From NCBI GenBank assembly GCA_000004985.1, contig GG739293.1: a stretch of 2,045 nucleotides of DNA; one strand, given 5' to 3'. Every line of letters begins with the position of its first letter. Position 1 is the stretch's first letter. A program made the position numbers and the translations under genes. This stretch comes from Naegleria gruberi (lineage: Eukaryota). The notes below the pieces were generated by a model that searched no databases, had not been told where the DNA came from, and saw nothing but the letters and a program-made list of their open reading frames with translations. Below, piece by piece: positions 1 through 2,045 of this stretch.

Positions 1-2045
1 TGAACTAAATGATTTAAGTAATGAAAGAGCCTCAAAATCAACATCGTTAGCTTTGGAGCCAATTTAAGGTTTTTAACACTATTAATTCCTTCATCATTTC
101 CATAACACAAAGTCCAAACGGAATCAAATGCAATTTTTGATTGCTTGGATTTGAAATAGAACTGGCACTCAGAAGATTGACTATTAGTTTTGTGAATAAG
201 TTGTGTTAATAAATATCCTGTTAGAGATTCGAAACTGGTTGTGAGAGGAATATAAAATTGGTTGTACATGTCTTTGATACCTCTATAACAAGAACCATAC
301 TTTTTCTCCCATTCACTGCAAGAAATCTTCAACATTGTATATAACTGTTTAATGCTGGGCTTGAAAAAAAGATAGAAGTTAGCAAATGTATTTGTATCTC
401 CAATCCACTGAGCAACATAAATGTAATTGAATTCAAATTGAGGTGAAACAGACTGTAACTTGTTTTTCACTTCGTTATACTTTTCAAAATCACCATCTCT
501 ATGACCTGGGTGAATGATTGTACAGTAATACTGAAGAGGTAAATTGCTTCCACTATTTAAGTTGTTACTAATGGATCTTCCATCATCAAGACTAGTATCA
601 TATATCAAATTATTAGAAACTATAGATTCATTATTAAATGGATCATTGTAAAATAGATCTTGCAATAAACTCTTATCACTAAATAAACTACTGTTTTTGA
701 AATGATAGTTATATTTTTTCATACATTCCAACACCATGCGTGCATATTCAGAACTCATAAGCTTTGCATTAATATAATATTGATTTTCTATTTGTAAAAC
801 CTTGCTTCTTTCATCTGCACCATCATACAATCGGTGAATCAATCCTCTTTCTTTTACAGTTTCACCAAATGATTCTAAAGTGATTTTAAATAAACTCTGA
901 GAGGGTGGATCTGTTATCAAGTAGACAATTTGTCTCAATATGTAGAATTCTTTTTTGGTATTTGAAATATCTTCATCATCATCATTCATGAATTTTGTAG
1001 CATACCGTAAGAGATGTTGTTTACCATACTTATTTAAAATAGTATCATCCTCATTTACAATTCTCCACACTGCCAGAACTCTGTGGAAAAAACTCCAATC
1101 ACTGGAAAGAATAATACCTTTGGCATACTGTTTTAAATTTTCAGGAATATTTGTTAAAAACAAATCACAATCTTCGCTCTGTAATAGATAGCTTTCAAGT
1201 TTCTTAATTGAAGAAGGTTGTCTATTGTCATGCTTTCTCTTTGGTGTTTCAGTTATAGGACTATCATCTCCATTAGTACCTGTTGGTGATAAATCATTGT
1301 TGATGATAAAAGAATCATCGATGGTAGTTGCTTTTTGTTTGTCTTTAATGGATTTCCATAAACAGTAGAGAACAAATCTTTCAGCAGCTCTTTCATCCTT
1401 TAAATGCCCACAATTAAAGAAAAAAAACCATGTTATAATTGTTTTCTGTTTCTTAATTCCAATAAAACCATCCTCCTTTTCTAATGGTGGAGCACAATAA
1501 GATATGGCTGTTAAAAAGTTATGTAAATAATCTAATCTGGTAATATTTTGCTGAGTAGCCACACCTAAAAGTTTAGTATTAGCCAACCTATTGACTTCAT
1601 TGAATAGAAATTTATCCATCCTAAAGAGATATTTCTTCAGTATACACATGGTACTGTAAATCTTTTCTTCTCCTAAAATAGTAAATTCATTTAAAAGTTC
1701 CAACCCAGCATTAAACTTAAAATTTTCACTGAAAAAGTAGTGAAATAATAACTTATGAAGGGTATTTTTAGAGTTTTTCATGGGTGCCTCTTTCATACTA
1801 TATAGAAAAGATTTAAGTTTGCTCGAAAATGGTAAATTTTTAAAGGTTTTTTTAACTGCTTCACCAAATTCACAACATTCAACAATTACTTCATCTGTTA
1901 CCTGTGGAATTTTGTCGGCCACCACAAGATAAGAATTGAATCCTCCCACCACAACATGTTGTGTTGTGGGAATGAGTGTTTTGATATCTCCAACTTCAAG
2001 CTTTCCTTCTTTGGGTGTAACGACTGCAGTAATATGTTTTTGAGA
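1..2045 (-). CDS. Internal fragment of a large protein-coding gene, partial at both ends. 681 in-frame sense codons at 2045..3 with two leftover bases at 2..1. Product unidentified; a soluble protein longer than 681 aa.
   Basis: I reverse-complemented every 60-nt block by hand and found no TAA, TAG or TGA in this frame across the window. Translation begins SQKHITAVVTPKEGKLEVGDIKTLIPTTQHVVVGGFNSYLVVADKIPQ and ends LAPKLTMLILRLFHYLNHLV. With composition of about A=T=0.35 and G=C=0.15, a stop is expected in about 8% of random codons. The chance of 681 stop-free codons is therefore on the order of 1e-24. Every other frame is broken; the track shows only one 78-aa ORF. Codon use is coherent: AGA is 13 of 19 Arg codons, and TTA, AAA, AAT, GAT and ATT are favoured. 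The frame is open at both window edges, so the start and stop lie outside the window. Confidence 0.9.
364..370. repeat. Homopolymer A7 on the + strand (T7 on the coding strand), inside the CDS, encoding L-F-F (window residues 559-561).
   Basis: Sequence 361-373 is ttgaaaaaaagat. The reverse complement ctt ttt ttc is in frame. Confidence 0.9.
531..692 (-). other. Coding segment for a second low-complexity S/N/D-rich stretch (window residues about 452-505: SSLFSDKSLLQDLFYNDPFNNESIVSNNLIYDTSLDDGRSISNNLNSGSNLPLQ).
   Basis: Seen directly in the translation: Ser, Asn and Asp dominate and there are few large hydrophobics. It separates the central block from a C-terminal aromatic-rich block. Interpretation is compositional only. 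Confidence 0.35.
969..989. repeat. Short in-frame trinucleotide microsatellite: (TCA)4 at 973-984 with imperfect flanks. On the coding strand it is GAT GAT GAT GAA GAT, encoding the acidic patch M-N-D-D-D-E-D.
   Basis: Sequence 969-990 is atcttcatcatcatcattcatg. The codon phase was checked: D355 is 981-983, D356 is 978-980 and D357 is 975-977. Confidence 0.8.
1191..1319 (-). other. Coding segment for a low-complexity, probably disordered linker (window residues about 243-285: DSFIINNDLSPTGTNGDDSPITETPKRKHDNRQPSSIKKLES) with a short basic cluster PKRKH.
   Basis: Seen directly in the translation: a run rich in S, T, P, D, N, G and K with no hydrophobic core-forming stretch, flanked by aromatic and hydrophobic-rich blocks. 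Calling it disordered is an inference from composition only. Confidence 0.4.
1420..1427. repeat. Homopolymer A8 on the + strand (T8 on the coding strand), inside the CDS, encoding part of W-F-F-F-F (window residues 206-210).
   Basis: Sequence 1416-1430 is aaagaaaaaaaacca. The reverse complement tgg ttt ttt ttc ttt is in frame. Confidence 0.9.
1950..1963. repeat. Perfect 14-bp palindrome cacaacatgttgtg, with imperfect extension to about 1945-1968, inside the CDS. It encodes T-T-Q-H-V-V-V.
   Basis: Base-by-base pairing was checked around the centre catg at 1955-1958: seven perfect pairs, then a mismatch at 1949 and 1964. It contains the site ACATGT. Confidence 0.85.

Noticed and set aside
501-527. 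Kinase-like look of IIHPGHRDGDFEKY (HRD followed by DF).
   Set aside because: It does not fit the HRDLKPxN catalytic loop or a DFG with proper spacing. There is no glycine-rich loop and no VAIK lysine upstream. It also does not fit the DRH of PI3K/PI4K or the APH/choline-kinase Brenner motif. This is a coincidental resemblance.
955-1191. The only ORF in the supplied track: + strand 78 aa (MVFEISSSSSFMNFVAYRKRCC...).
   Set aside because: It lies entirely antisense to the verified 681-codon minus-strand frame. Its SSSSS run is just the antisense reading of the (GAT)n acidic repeat. It has no independent support, is low in complexity and is Cys/Phe-odd. I treat it as a spurious antisense ORF.
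1521-1538. HEPN-like Rx4-6H motifs on the minus strand (RLDYLH at residues 170-175; also RLFHYLNH at residues 672-679, coordinates about 9-32).
   Set aside because: An Rx4-6H pattern is too short and is expected several times by chance in 681 aa. There is no surrounding helical-pair context that I can verify. It is not a supportable nuclease call.
1779-1796. Internal ATG codons (M84, M89, M133, M143 and others) as a possible true gene start within the window.
   Set aside because: The frame stays open for 83 or more codons upstream of the first of them. At about 8% stops per random codon that is roughly 1e-3 by chance. The upstream composition and codon usage also look equally coding. The start is most likely beyond coordinate 2045.
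1974-2012. A possible PD-(D/E)xK or nuclease-like arrangement near the upstream end (E13, E17, then D20-I-K22 in KEGKLEVGDIKT).
   Set aside because: The acidic and Lys residues are too degenerate to call without a structure or an alignment, and there is no supporting context.
1-2045. Promoters, RBS, terminators, RNA genes, mobile elements and CRISPR.
   Set aside because: The window is continuous coding sequence on one strand with no intergenic space. AT-rich -10-like hexamers are everywhere in 30% GC DNA and carry no meaning inside a CDS. No direct-repeat and spacer periodicity and no tRNA- or rRNA-like structure were seen.

Overview
The whole 2045-bp window lies inside one long gene on the minus strand. 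Reading the reverse complement in the frame whose codons occupy 2045..3 gives 681 consecutive sense codons with no stop. I re-derived this by hand in 60-nt blocks. The supplied ORF track omits this frame, evidently because the frame is open at both window edges, so the track's only entry (the + strand 78-aa ORF) is an antisense artefact. The DNA is AT-rich, roughly 30% GC by eye. The encoded protein is Lys/Asn/Ile/Tyr/Phe-rich, has about 13 Cys and 7 Trp, and shows no canonical NTPase, lipase or zinc-finger motifs that I can see. I cannot assign it to a known family. It appears to have three ordered blocks separated by two low-complexity segments, one of which carries a short basic NLS-like cluster. 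Small-scale DNA features sit inside the coding sequence: an A8 tract and an A7 tract (slippage-prone), an in-frame (TCA)4 microsatellite encoding an acidic patch, and a 14-bp perfect palindrome. There is no intergenic DNA, promoter, terminator, RNA gene, mobile element or CRISPR in the window. No multi-gene system can be assessed from this window, because both ends of the gene lie outside it.
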